This document shows positions 26,974 to 36,138 of a stretch of DNA of 64,000 nt, in pieces. The translations under genes were made by a program, and so were the position numbers. The notes beneath the pieces were generated by a model, which was given only the letters and a program-made list of their open reading frames with translations, did no database searches and had not been told where the DNA came from. This stretch comes from Myxococcota bacterium. Its GTDB lineage: Bacteria > Myxococcota_A > UBA9160 > UBA4427. The DNA is taken from NCBI GenBank assembly GCA_965223565.1, contig CBDCWV010000011.1, positions 132,600 through 196,599 of the forward strand. Reading direction: 5' to 3'. The first letter of the stretch is position 1. Each line of letters starts with the position of its first letter.

Positions 26974-28005
26974 ATGGCCAGGGATTTCGTGCTGACCGTC
27001 GTCGAGCAGTCGCCCGTGCGCAAGGGGGGCACGGGGGCCGATGCGCTGCGCGAGACGATCGAGCTGGCGGTCGCCTGCGAGGCGATGGGCTACGAGCGAT
27101 TCTGGGTTGCGGAGCATCACAATATCGCCGGAATCGCGAGCACGAGCCCAGAGATCCTGATCGGCCAGATCGGCGCGGCCACCTCGACGATTCGCGTCGG
27201 GAGCGGCGGCGTGATGCTGCCGCACTACAGCGCCTTCAAGGTGGCCGAGAATTTCCGGATGCTCGAGACGCTCTTTCCGGGTCGCATCGATCTCGGCCTG
27301 GGTCGCGCCCCGGGCGGCGACCAGCGCACGATGGTCGCGATGGCCTATCCGTCCCACCCGATCGACGTACGCGCCTATCCCGAGCAGGTCGACGACCTGA
27401 TCGGCTTCCTGGCCGACGACCTGCCGCCAGACCACCCCTTCGCGGGTCTGCATCCCGGACCGCCGACGGAGGGCACTCCGCAGGTCTGGTTGCTGGGCTC
27501 GGGGATCGACTCCGCACAGCTGGCCGCGCGGCGTGGCCTGCCCTTCAGCTTCGCCCACTTCTTCGGGAGCACCACGCAGGGCCCGGCGATCGTCGAGCAC
27601 TACCGCAAGCATTTTCGGCCGTCGCGCGAGCTCGACGCACCGCTCACCCATGTCGCGGTCCAGGTGTTATGCGCCGACAGCTCGGAAGAGGCCGAGTGGC
27701 ACGCTGCGAGCATGAAGCTTGGCCGGATCCAGATGGCCCGCAATCAGGGGGGCACGGGAATCGTCTCGCCCGAAGAGGCCGCCGAACACGTCTTCACGCC
27801 CGACGAGCTCCGATTTCTCGAGCACTCGGGCATGCGCGCCACGGTCGGAAATCCGCAGGAGGTCGCGCGCGAGCTCGACGCGATCGCCGAGCAGTACCGA
27901 ACGGACCGGCTCGGAATCGTGACGATCTGCTACGACTGGAAGGCGCGACTGCGCTCCTACGAGCTGCTTGCCGAGGCCTACCTCGGCGCGACGGCCTCGG
28001 GCTGA
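26974..28005 (+). CDS. LLM-class flavin-dependent oxidoreductase (YhbW/MsnO8-like)
   Basis: ATG 26974. 'GYERFWVAEHHNIAGIASTSPEILIGQIGAATSTIRVGSGGVMLPHYSAFKVAE'. Confidence 0.9.
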   Translation: MARDFVLTVVEQSPVRKGGTGADALRETIELAVACEAMGYERFWVAEHHNIAGIASTSPEILIGQIGAATSTIRVGSGGVMLPHYSAFKVAENFRMLETLFPGRIDLGLGRAPGGDQRTMVAMAYPSHPIDVRAYPEQVDDLIGFLADDLPPDHPFAGLHPGPPTEGTPQVWLLGSGIDSAQLAARRGLPFSFAHFFGSTTQGPAIVEHYRKHFRPSRELDAPLTHVAVQVLCADSSEEAEWHAASMKLGRIQMARNQGGTGIVSPEEAAEHVFTPDELRFLEHSGMRATVGNPQEVARELDAIAEQYRTDRLGIVTICYDWKARLRSYELLAEAYLGATASG

Positions 28006-28057
28006 TTGCCCGCGATCGCCGCATTCGCGAGCACTCGACCGCGCGAACGGGTGCTCG

Positions 28058-28372
28058 TCAGCCGCGCGGGGGCAGCCCGTGGACGAGCTGCAGGAACTTC
28101 ATCTCGGTTCCCGCACGTCGGTGTTCGGAGAGTGCCTGGTAGTCGGGATCCGCCCACCAGGCTCGCGCCGCCTGCTCCGAGGGGAACTGGAAGATGACGA
28201 AACGCCCGACCCGCTCGTCGTTGCCTTCGAGCGTCTCCGAATCGTCGTCGAAGGTGTGGAACGAGCCGCCGTGCTTTTTCAGAATCGGGAAGAAGCCCTT
28301 CTCGTAGACGCGATACTTCTCCGCGTCGTGGATATGAAAATTCGCCACCATGTAACAGGGCACGTCTGCCAT
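28058..28372 (-). CDS. DUF1330 domain protein
   Basis: 104 aa. 'YMVANFHIHDAEKYRVYEKG...FVIFQFPSEQAARAWWADPDYQAL'. Confidence 0.8.
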   Translation of the reverse strand: MADVPCYMVANFHIHDAEKYRVYEKGFFPILKKHGGSFHTFDDDSETLEGNDERVGRFVIFQFPSEQAARAWWADPDYQALSEHRRAGTEMKFLQLVHGLPPRG

Positions 28373-28432
28373 CGTCGCGGGCTCTCTCCGGTCGTCGTGG
28401 TTCTGGTCTGCGCGGTGCTGGTCTTCCTGGAG

Positions 28433-28720
28433 TCAATCTTCGTATTGGTGCATGACCGGCGCGCCGGCGATGAATCCGCCGAGCGCCTTGCCGACGTCAC
28501 CCATCGCGGCCGACGTCTTGTGCGCTTCGAGATCGGCCTCACTCGCCCAGCTCTCGACCATCACGTAGCGGGTGTCGTCGTCGCAGCTCTTGAACAGGTC
28601 GTACATCTCGCAGCCCTTGTCCTCGGCGCGGACACGCGCGAGCGCGGGGGCGGCGGCAGCCTCGAAGGCATCGGCCTGTCCCGGCTTGATCGGCAGCTGA
28701 ACGGTCAATCGAATCGACAT
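28433..28720 (-). CDS. antibiotic-biosynthesis-monooxygenase (ABM) fold protein
   Basis: ATG 28720 after AGGAAGGA. 95 aa; 'CEMYDLF...YVMVESWASEADLEAH'. Confidence 0.75.
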   Translation of the reverse strand: MSIRLTVQLPIKPGQADAFEAAAAPALARVRAEDKGCEMYDLFKSCDDDTRYVMVESWASEADLEAHKTSAAMGDVGKALGGFIAGAPVMHQYED

Positions 28721-28987
28721 CGCACTCGTTCCTTCCTGATGGCTTGATGGGCTCGCGCGCGGCGCCATGGACACCCCGGGCCGCTTGGCACGAAGACAGC
28801 GCGAGCGAAAGCCGCAACGGTAACTCAATCCGCTGCCAGTTCGAATGGTCCGAAGCCGTACCCGGGGCTCGGCCTGGAGTCCCTACGCGACCTGATCGCC
28901 CCGCGCGGGCGCGGTATGCTCCGCGCCTCGCCTCGCTCCTTCTTGACCACCTACGACGCTCTCAGCACGCTCGAACAGGAGAAGACC

Positions 28988-29860
28988 ATGGCCGACGCGC
29001 AACTCAAAGGATCGATTCCCAGCGGAGGGCTCGAGGGCATGGCGGTGCTCGTGACCGGGGGTGGAACGGGGATCGGCGCCGCCTGTGCCGCCCGGCTGGC
29101 CGCCGACGGCGCGGCCGTCACGATCTGCGGACGCACCGAGTCCAAGCTCGAGGACGCCGCGAAGAAGATCGAGGCCGGCGCGGGTCACGGCGGGAGCATC
29201 CAGCTCGTCGCCGCCGACGTGACGAACGAGGAAGACGTGAAGCGAATCGTCGAGCGGGCAGCCGAACCGACCGGCGAGCTCGACGGCGTCGTCGCGAACG
29301 CGGGAGGCGGTGGCGGCATGGGCCCCTACCACCTGCAGGATACGGACGAGTTCCTGCGTGTGCTGCATCTCAACGTGCTCGGCACGATGCTCTGCGTCAA
29401 GCACTCGGTTCCCCGGATGGTGGCGGCCGGAGGTGGCTCCTTCGTCGGCATGTCGTCGATCGCCGGTCATGTGACCCATCCCTACTTCGGCGCCTACACC
29501 GTCGGCAAGGCCGGTATCGAGGAGATGATGCGGAATGCCGCCGACGAGTTCGGACCGAGCCGGATCCGCTTCAACTCGATCCGCCCCGGCTTCATCGCGA
29601 CCGAGATCATGGACGGCATCCGGCGAGACAGCGAGGTCTACGATTCCTACATCCGCAACACGCCGATGAACGGCGTCGGGGAGTCCGAGGACGTGGCGCA
29701 TCTCGCCCGCTTCCTGATCGGACGTGAGTCTCGCTGGGTCACCGGGTGTGCGATCAATGTCGATGGCGGCCACGCCTTGCGCCGCGGTCCCGACTTCACG
29801 CAATTCGTCGAGCCCGCGATCGGCAAGGCGGCGCTCTCCGGTGGCCCACCCGAGAGCTGA
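28988..29860 (+). CDS. SDR family oxidoreductase
   Basis: ATG 28988 after CAGGAGAAG. 'VTGGGTGIGAA', 'YTVGKAG'. Confidence 0.9.
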   Translation: MADAQLKGSIPSGGLEGMAVLVTGGGTGIGAACAARLAADGAAVTICGRTESKLEDAAKKIEAGAGHGGSIQLVAADVTNEEDVKRIVERAAEPTGELDGVVANAGGGGGMGPYHLQDTDEFLRVLHLNVLGTMLCVKHSVPRMVAAGGGSFVGMSSIAGHVTHPYFGAYTVGKAGIEEMMRNAADEFGPSRIRFNSIRPGFIATEIMDGIRRDSEVYDSYIRNTPMNGVGESEDVAHLARFLIGRESRWVTGCAINVDGGHALRRGPDFTQFVEPAIGKAALSGGPPES

Positions 29861-29925
29861 CGAGAACGCGACGGGTGCCCAGCTCCGACGACGGTCGACG
29901 CGCGTTTTCTGAGGTCGGCTCGAGC

Positions 29926-30387
29926 ATGACCGCCTCGAAGCCCACGCTCTATTTCGAGGATGTCGTGGTGGGTACCACGCTCGAGAGTCCCGGCTATCGG
30001 GTCGAGCGCGAGGAGATCATCGAGTTCGCCACGCGTTGGGATCCCTTTCCATTTCACCTGGACGAGGCCGCCGCGCGCGACTCGATCTTCGGAGGACTCG
30101 CCGCCTGCGCCCCCCACAGCTTCGCGATCCTCTCGCGACTCTCCCACGCACTGCCCCGCTCGATGGCGCTCGTCGCGGGCCTGGGCGGCGACGGCCTGCA
30201 GCTGCTCGCGCCCGTCCGAGCCGGTATCGAGGTGAGGCTCGTGCGTCGCTTCACGGCGAAACGAGGCTCGAGGTCGCGACCCGAGGTCGGCGTCGTCTCC
30301 TTCGAAGACGCGCTCGTGACACCCGAGGGCGAAGCCGTCTTCAGGACCTCGGGATCGGTCCTCCTCGCCCGACGCCCGACCGGCTGA
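29926..30387 (+). CDS. MaoC-like (R-hydratase/dehydratase) hotdog protein
   Basis: ATG 29926. 'YRVEREEIIEFATRWDPFPFHLDEAAARDSIFGGL'. Confidence 0.8.
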   Translation: MTASKPTLYFEDVVVGTTLESPGYRVEREEIIEFATRWDPFPFHLDEAAARDSIFGGLAACAPHSFAILSRLSHALPRSMALVAGLGGDGLQLLAPVRAGIEVRLVRRFTAKRGSRSRPEVGVVSFEDALVTPEGEAVFRTSGSVLLARRPTG

Positions 30388-30393
30388 GCGGGG

Positions 30394-31455
30394 TCAGACG
30401 AATGCGGGAATCACCTGCTCCGCGAAGAGGCGCGCGGATCGTTCCGCCCGCGCCTGAGACATGCTCCCGTATTTCGCCATCACGAGCACGTCGTGATCGA
30501 CACCCAGGATCTCCTTCTGTTGCCGCAGCTGCGCGACGATCTCTTCGGGCGTGCCGAACGTGTTGACGCTCGCGTACATCTCGGCCATCTGCTCGAGACC
30601 CATCGCCTCGATCGCTTCCGCCGCCGTACCGTAGTACTCGTAGCCGCGTGTCTCCTTGAAGTGGGCACCGGCGATCTCGTAGTGCTCGACGACGGTCGCG
30701 AAGTACTCCTTCACGTAACGCGCCGCGGCCTCTCGCGCCCGATCGCCATCCTCGTCACAGAACATCAGCTGGCCGCAGAGGGGCACGGGGGGCGCGCTGT
30801 CACGAAGGTCCTGCCACCGCTCGACGTAGGGCCGATAGGCCTGATCCCGAAAGACCTCCCAGGGCTGTTGGGCGAGGACCATCAGCTGTGCGCCCAGGAC
30901 GGCAGCCTGAACGGCCGAGTCCGGCGAGACACCGATCGCGTAGACACGATCCTCGAAGCTGCGGGTGGGACGTGGACGCAGCTCGATCTTCGGCCGCGAG
31001 TAGTATTCCGTGTCGGCCTCGAAGTACCCCTTGTTGAGTGCTTCGAGGACGAGCGCGCTTCCCTCGTCGAATCGCCCGCGCGCCTCGTCCATCGCCAGCG
31101 CGAAGCCGGCATATTCCCGCTTCGAGAGCCCCCGCCCGAATCCCAACAGCGCGCGGCCGCCGCTCTGTTGATCGAGCAGGGCCATCTTCGCTGCGACGCG
31201 ATAGGGATCGTTCCAGGGCATGATGACCGCTCCGGTCCCGAGCTTGATCCGATCGGTCACACCCGCCACCTGTGCCAGCCACTGGAGGTTGTCGGGGCAC
31301 ATCGAGTAGTCGAAGAAATGGTGCTCGACGGCCCAGTAGCTGTCGAAGCCCACCCGTTCGGCGAGCCGAGCGAGGGCCATCTCGCCCGCGACGACATCCG
31401 TGTCGTTCGATTCACCGCGATAGTTCTGGAAGATGCCGAGTAGTCCGAAATGCAT
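30394..31455 (-). CDS. LLM-class flavin-dependent oxidoreductase (bacterial luciferase-like)
   Basis: 353 aa. 'MHFGLLGIFQNY...GFDSYWAVEHHFFDYSMCPD...IKLGTGAVIMPWNDPYRVAAKMALLD'. Confidence 0.9.
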   Translation of the reverse strand: MHFGLLGIFQNYRGESNDTDVVAGEMALARLAERVGFDSYWAVEHHFFDYSMCPDNLQWLAQVAGVTDRIKLGTGAVIMPWNDPYRVAAKMALLDQQSGGRALLGFGRGLSKREYAGFALAMDEARGRFDEGSALVLEALNKGYFEADTEYYSRPKIELRPRPTRSFEDRVYAIGVSPDSAVQAAVLGAQLMVLAQQPWEVFRDQAYRPYVERWQDLRDSAPPVPLCGQLMFCDEDGDRAREAAARYVKEYFATVVEHYEIAGAHFKETRGYEYYGTAAEAIEAMGLEQMAEMYASVNTFGTPEEIVAQLRQQKEILGVDHDVLVMAKYGSMSQARAERSARLFAEQVIPAFV

Positions 31456-31633
31456 ACAAAGGCCCCCGTTCGTCGTCTCGTCGTCGCCGGAGGATATCGT
31501 GCGGGACGCCGAGCCCCAGGTCGCAGGCGCGGACGCCGATGCCCTCGCAGGCGGGAGCGTCTATCCTCCCGTATGAGCCTGAGCCCGAGCCCGCACGTGC
31601 GACGTCCTCGGGCCGTATCATCGAGGTAGATCC

Positions 31634-32821
31634 ATGGCCGCTGCCAGCCCGCTTCCGACCTCCGACCTCTCGATCATCGACGTCGACGCCCATATCACGG
31701 AGCCCCACGACCTCTGGACCGCGCGCGCGCCGGCCAAGCTCAAGGACCGCGTCCCGCGCGTGGTCGGCAATGGGGCAGAGCGAGCCTGGATCGTCGATCG
31801 CGACATCCAGATCTCGACGACGAACCCGTCGAGCGTGATCGCGAAGGACGGCCAGAAGTCGCGCGGGACGGAGTTCTTCGGCTGGCAATTCGAAGACGTC
31901 CACGCCGCCTCCTACGACATGAAGGCGCGCGTCGAGCTCCTCGACCAATTCGGCATCTTCGCACAGATCCTCTATCCGAACGTCGCCGGCTTCGGCAGCC
32001 AGAACTTCATGAAGGTCGAGGATGACGACCTGCGACTGGCCTGCGCGCGGATCTACAACGAGGCGATGGCCGAGATCCAGGCGGAGTCGAGCGACCGGCT
32101 CCTGCCGATGGCATTGATGCCGTGGTGGAACATCGACCAGTGCGTGGCCGAGGTCGAGCGCGCCAAGCAGATGGGTCTCAAGGGGATCGTCATGTGCAGC
32201 GATCCCGACAGCATCGGACTCCCCGATCTCGGCCACGACGACTGGAAGCCCTTCTGGGACGTCTGCAACGACTCGGGTCTGCCCGTCAATTTCCACATCG
32301 GCGCGAGCGAGACGTCCTTCAACATGTTCGGCCGCGCCGCCTGGGAATCCAATGGCATGCGACGGCGTCTGGCGCTCGGATCGGCCGCGCTCTTCGTCGA
32401 GAACTCACGCGTCTGCTCGAACATGATCTACAGCGGCATCTTCGACCGCTGCCGCGACCTCAAGATCGTGTCAGTCGAGAGCGGTATCGGCTGGATCCCA
32501 TTCGTTCTCGAGTCGATCGACTACGAGTGGGAGGAGACGGGGGCCCAACGCGAGATGCCGCTCGAGAAGAAGCCGTCGGCTTATTTCAGCGATCATTTCT
32601 GGGGCTGCTTCTGGTTCGAGAAGGTGGCACCGACGAAGCTGATCGACGTCGTCGGCGAGGACAACGTGCTCTTCGAGACCGACTTTCCGCACCCGACCTG
32701 CCTCTACCCCCACGTCCAGGAATACATCGCCGAGATCAGCGCCGATTGGACAGCGACCCGAAAGCGCAAGATCTTCCAGGACAACGCGGCCGGGCTCTAC
32801 GGAATCGACCTGCCGGGCTGA
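31634..32821 (+). CDS. amidohydrolase_2 family protein
   Basis: 'IIDVDAHITEPHDLW', 'NFHIG', 'FETDFPHPT'. Confidence 0.85.
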   Translation: MAAASPLPTSDLSIIDVDAHITEPHDLWTARAPAKLKDRVPRVVGNGAERAWIVDRDIQISTTNPSSVIAKDGQKSRGTEFFGWQFEDVHAASYDMKARVELLDQFGIFAQILYPNVAGFGSQNFMKVEDDDLRLACARIYNEAMAEIQAESSDRLLPMALMPWWNIDQCVAEVERAKQMGLKGIVMCSDPDSIGLPDLGHDDWKPFWDVCNDSGLPVNFHIGASETSFNMFGRAAWESNGMRRRLALGSAALFVENSRVCSNMIYSGIFDRCRDLKIVSVESGIGWIPFVLESIDYEWEETGAQREMPLEKKPSAYFSDHFWGCFWFEKVAPTKLIDVVGEDNVLFETDFPHPTCLYPHVQEYIAEISADWTATRKRKIFQDNAAGLYGIDLPG

Positions 32822-32847
32822 GCCGGTCGAGGAAGCCACTCGCGCGC

Positions 32848-33330
32848 TCAGCGCAGGATGCCGCTCGGACGCGGCACGCCGGCGCGTTCGCACGACTCGT
32901 AGTAGTTGGCCAGATTCGTCGCGGCATTGCTCACGCTCACGACCGCGCCATCGCCATCCAGGTACTCCGTCTGACCGTAGACGACCGAGAGGGTCTCCGT
33001 TCGCTCGTCTCCCGGCAGAACGTAGAAGGTGTGGACGGAGCCCGGCGGCTCGTAGAGATAGGATCCAGCACGATTGACGTACGCGTGCTCGTGGTATTTC
33101 CAGGCCCCCGCAAGCGTGAACATGTGAACGGCGCCCGTATGGCGATGGGTCCCGACCTCGAGATCACCCGGAAGCCGACCGGCCATGACGTAGACGCCGC
33201 GCGTCACATCCGCCTGCAATAGACGCAGCTCGGCACCGGGAAAGAGGTGGTTCGGAACCCAGGGCACCTCGTCGACGCCCACGTGGCGGGCGACGGCCTC
33301 GAATGCGGACACCTCGGCTCGACGACTCAC
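32848..33330 (-). CDS. cupin, 2,4'-dihydroxyacetophenone-dioxygenase-like
   Basis: 160 aa. 'GTHRHTGAVHMFTLAGAWKYHEH...YLYEPPGSVHT'. Confidence 0.7.
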   Translation of the reverse strand: MSRRAEVSAFEAVARHVGVDEVPWVPNHLFPGAELRLLQADVTRGVYVMAGRLPGDLEVGTHRHTGAVHMFTLAGAWKYHEHAYVNRAGSYLYEPPGSVHTFYVLPGDERTETLSVVYGQTEYLDGDGAVVSVSNAATNLANYYESCERAGVPRPSGILR

Positions 33331-33342
33331 GACGCGAAGACC

Positions 33343-33798
33343 TCAGGACCCGTCGGTCCAGCCGCCGACACCCGCGCACGGGTAGGTCATGAACTCGAGC
33401 AGATTGCCGTCGGGATCCCGCGTGTAGACGCTCGTTCCCATCCGCTGGCCCTTTCCGGCGCCCCCGGGCTGATCGATCGGGCCGAACTCGATCTCGCCTC
33501 CGGCGTCTTTGATCAGCTGCTCCGCCTCGGCGATCGTCCCCTCGAAGGCGAAGCAGAAATCGCCGCAGCCGGGCTTTGCGGTCGGGCCCTTGAGAACGAA
33601 TTTCGGGTCCTGCCACATGGCGGGCCCATGAAAATTGAGCTTCGCCGACTCGCCGACGACGATGCCGAAGAGCGGAAAGTCCCCCCTTCGCCACTCCTCC
33701 TCGTGGAGCGCGCTGAAGCCGAGCCGCTTGTAGAAGGCGATCATCGCCTCGGGGTCGGCGGAGGGAAACGAGACGTGGTCGAATCCTGTGACGGGCAT
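33343..33798 (-). CDS. VOC (glyoxalase/bleomycin-resistance/dioxygenase) family protein
   Basis: 'GFDHVSFPSADPEAMIAFYKRLGF', 'TRDPDGNLLEF'. Confidence 0.8.
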   Translation of the reverse strand: MPVTGFDHVSFPSADPEAMIAFYKRLGFSALHEEEWRRGDFPLFGIVVGESAKLNFHGPAMWQDPKFVLKGPTAKPGCGDFCFAFEGTIAEAEQLIKDAGGEIEFGPIDQPGGAGKGQRMGTSVYTRDPDGNLLEFMTYPCAGVGGWTDGS

Positions 33799-33833
33799 GG
33801 CATCGGTACCTCGGCCGAAATCCTAGCGCGCCG

Positions 33834-33903
33834 GCGAGCCCCGCCTCACTCGACCCGAACGACGAGCCGCCGGCCGCGGGAACGAGCGCGCGCGAGCCCC
33901 GCC
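33834..33903. repeat. perfect 12-bp direct repeat GCGAGCCCCGCC x2 in an intra-operon spacer
   Basis: GCGAGCCCCGCC at 33834-33845 and 33892-33903, inside the 109-bp gap between the QOR stop (33908) and the VOC start (33798). Confidence 0.85.
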
Positions 33904-33907
33904 AGCC

Positions 33908-34966
33908 TCAGGCACTTCGCCAGTCGAGAATCGTTCGACCCATCGTCTCACGACGCTCCATCCGCTCGAGCTCGCCCGGCAGCGCCTCGAAGCTCGCGGT
34001 GCGGCCTACGACGGGGCGGATCTCGCCGCGTTCGAGATGGCCCGACAGCTCGGCGTGGATCGCCTCGCCCCGCGCACGAGGAACCACATGGATCCCGGAC
34101 ACGGCTCCGGCGGCGGCCCCGGCCCGAGCGAAGGCGGCGGGATCGCCGTAGCTCATCAGCACGCCTCCGAGCGAGAAGTTCCCGAAGATGATCGGCCGCG
34201 GCAGCAAGCCCGCCTCGTCCTCGGCCTCGATGCCTGCCGAGAACCCCGTCATCATCAAGCGCCCGCCGTAGGCCATCACGCGCATCGTCTGCCGCGTCAC
34301 CTCGCCTCCGAGCAGGTCGCAGGCCAGGTCGACGCCACGACCTTCCGTCAGCTCTGCAACGACACGGGGGAAGTCGTCCGCGCGATAGTCGATCGCGTGA
34401 TCGGCGCCGAGCGTGCGACAGAAGGCGGTTTTCTCGGGGCCGCCGGCTGTCGCGATCACGTGCGCGCCGCGCGCCTTCGCGAGCTGGATCGCGGCCGATC
34501 CGACGCCACCCGCGCCCGCATGGATCAACACCGTTTCGCCGGCCGCGAGGCGACCCCGTTCGATCAGCGACACGAACGCCACATGAAACGGAAAATAGAA
34601 CGCGGCAGCCGAGAGATCGTCGAGGGCCTCGGGGCATTCGAAGACCATGTCCCGACTCCCGATCACGTATTCGGCATGTGCCCCCGTCGCACCGACGCCC
34701 GTCAACATGACGCGACACCCGAGCCAATCGCCGGCGCCGGGGCCCACCGCGTCGACGATGCCGACTGCCTCCATGCCGAGCGTATAGGGAAGGGGTGGAT
34801 CGACCGTCTTGTAGCGTCCGTAACACCCGTCGATCTCGTTGAAATTGCAGGCCGTCGCGGCGACACGCGCACGGACCTCACCCGGACCGGGCTCCGGACG
34901 ATCGACATCCTGAAGCTCGAGCGCCTCGACCGGCGGACCGTTGCGTACGACGCGCCACGCCTTCAT
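33908..34966 (-). CDS. NADPH:quinone oxidoreductase-like MDR protein
   Basis: ATG 34966 'MKAWRVVRNGPPVEALELQDV'. 'HAGAGGVGSAAIQLAK'. No structural-zinc Cys cluster. Confidence 0.85.
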   Translation of the reverse strand: MKAWRVVRNGPPVEALELQDVDRPEPGPGEVRARVAATACNFNEIDGCYGRYKTVDPPLPYTLGMEAVGIVDAVGPGAGDWLGCRVMLTGVGATGAHAEYVIGSRDMVFECPEALDDLSAAAFYFPFHVAFVSLIERGRLAAGETVLIHAGAGGVGSAAIQLAKARGAHVIATAGGPEKTAFCRTLGADHAIDYRADDFPRVVAELTEGRGVDLACDLLGGEVTRQTMRVMAYGGRLMMTGFSAGIEAEDEAGLLPRPIIFGNFSLGGVLMSYGDPAAFARAGAAAGAVSGIHVVPRARGEAIHAELSGHLERGEIRPVVGRTASFEALPGELERMERRETMGRTILDWRSA

Positions 34967-34982
34967 GCCGCACGCCCGACCG

Positions 34983-36077
34983 TCAGAACTCGAGCACGTG
35001 GCGCAGGCCCCGACTGACGCGCATATCGTCGAGACCGGCATTGATATCGGCGATCGGATGTCGGTGCGTGATCATGCTCTCGAGGTCGAGCGCCCCCTTG
35101 CGCCAGAGCGCCAGGAAGCGCGGGATGTCGCGGTGGCCATTGCAGGATCCGAGCAGACAGCCCTGCAGCTTCTTTTCGTGGGTGAGGAAGAGCGCGGGCA
35201 TCGGAATTTCGAACGCACCCATTGCGGCGCCGACCATCGTCGTCGTGCCGCCGATCCGCGTCGCGGCGACGCAGTCGGCGATCAGCTTCTCGTGCCCGGC
35301 CCCGTCGAATGCGTAGTCGACGCCGATCCCGCCGGTCAGCTCGATCGCTCGCGCGACGACGTCTTCCTGACCCGGATCGAGCACGTCGGTCGCCCCGAAG
35401 TTCGCCGCGTAATCCCGTCGCTCGGCGACCGGATCCGAGACGATGATTCGGGCGGCGCCCGCGAGCCGCGCGCCCTGCACGATCGAGATGCCGATCCCAC
35501 CGAGACCGGTCACGAGCACCGTGGCGCCCTCCTCGACCCGAGCCGTGTTGAGCACGGCGCCGACCCCCGTCTGGATCGCACAACCGATCACACAGGCGAT
35601 CTCGAGCGGCGTGTCGTCCTCGATCTTCACGGCCCGGCGCTCGTCGACGACCGTGTACTCGCCCCATCCACCCAGGCCGAATCCGTGGTAGACGAGCTCA
35701 CCGTTGCGCGAGAGCGGCGAGGTCCCGTCTGCGCGAAGGCCCGTCATGAAGTTCTGACCCGTCACGCAGAGCGACGGCTGATTACGACTGCAGTAGTAGC
35801 AGACACCGCAGGTGGGAATCGGCGTCAACATGACGCGGTCGCCCTTCGCCAGTCGCGTTACGGCCGAGCCGACCTCGACGATCGTCCCGGCCGCCTCGTG
35901 ACCCAACACGCAGGGAAGCTGACCGCCCCCGGGCATGTCGACGACGGTGAGATCCGAGTGGCAGATGCCGCAGTGGGATACCTCGACTCGCACTTCGTCG
36001 GGGCCGGGATCCTGCACGTCGATGTCGTCGACGAGGCTGAGTGGTTTCTGGTTCTCTTCGAGGAGAGCGGCACGCAT
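34983..36077 (-). CDS. zinc-dependent alcohol dehydrogenase (class III-like MDR)
   Basis: 'CGICHSDL', 'GHEAAGTIVEVG', 'CGVCYYC', 'GLGGIGIS'. Confidence 0.9.
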   Translation of the reverse strand: MRAALLEENQKPLSLVDDIDVQDPGPDEVRVEVSHCGICHSDLTVVDMPGGGQLPCVLGHEAAGTIVEVGSAVTRLAKGDRVMLTPIPTCGVCYYCSRNQPSLCVTGQNFMTGLRADGTSPLSRNGELVYHGFGLGGWGEYTVVDERRAVKIEDDTPLEIACVIGCAIQTGVGAVLNTARVEEGATVLVTGLGGIGISIVQGARLAGAARIIVSDPVAERRDYAANFGATDVLDPGQEDVVARAIELTGGIGVDYAFDGAGHEKLIADCVAATRIGGTTTMVGAAMGAFEIPMPALFLTHEKKLQGCLLGSCNGHRDIPRFLALWRKGALDLESMITHRHPIADINAGLDDMRVSRGLRHVLEF

Positions 36078-36138
36078 GTCCGATTTCCTTTCCGCGGGTA
36101 TCCGCTGGTTCGAGCCGGAGTGTTCGCGACCGTCCAGA

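Noticed and set aside
26923-27651. 243-codon extension making the ADH 585 aa
   Set aside because: It is antisense to the LLM gene. GAGGAG plus ATG 26922 yields a canonical 342-aa MDR dehydrogenase.
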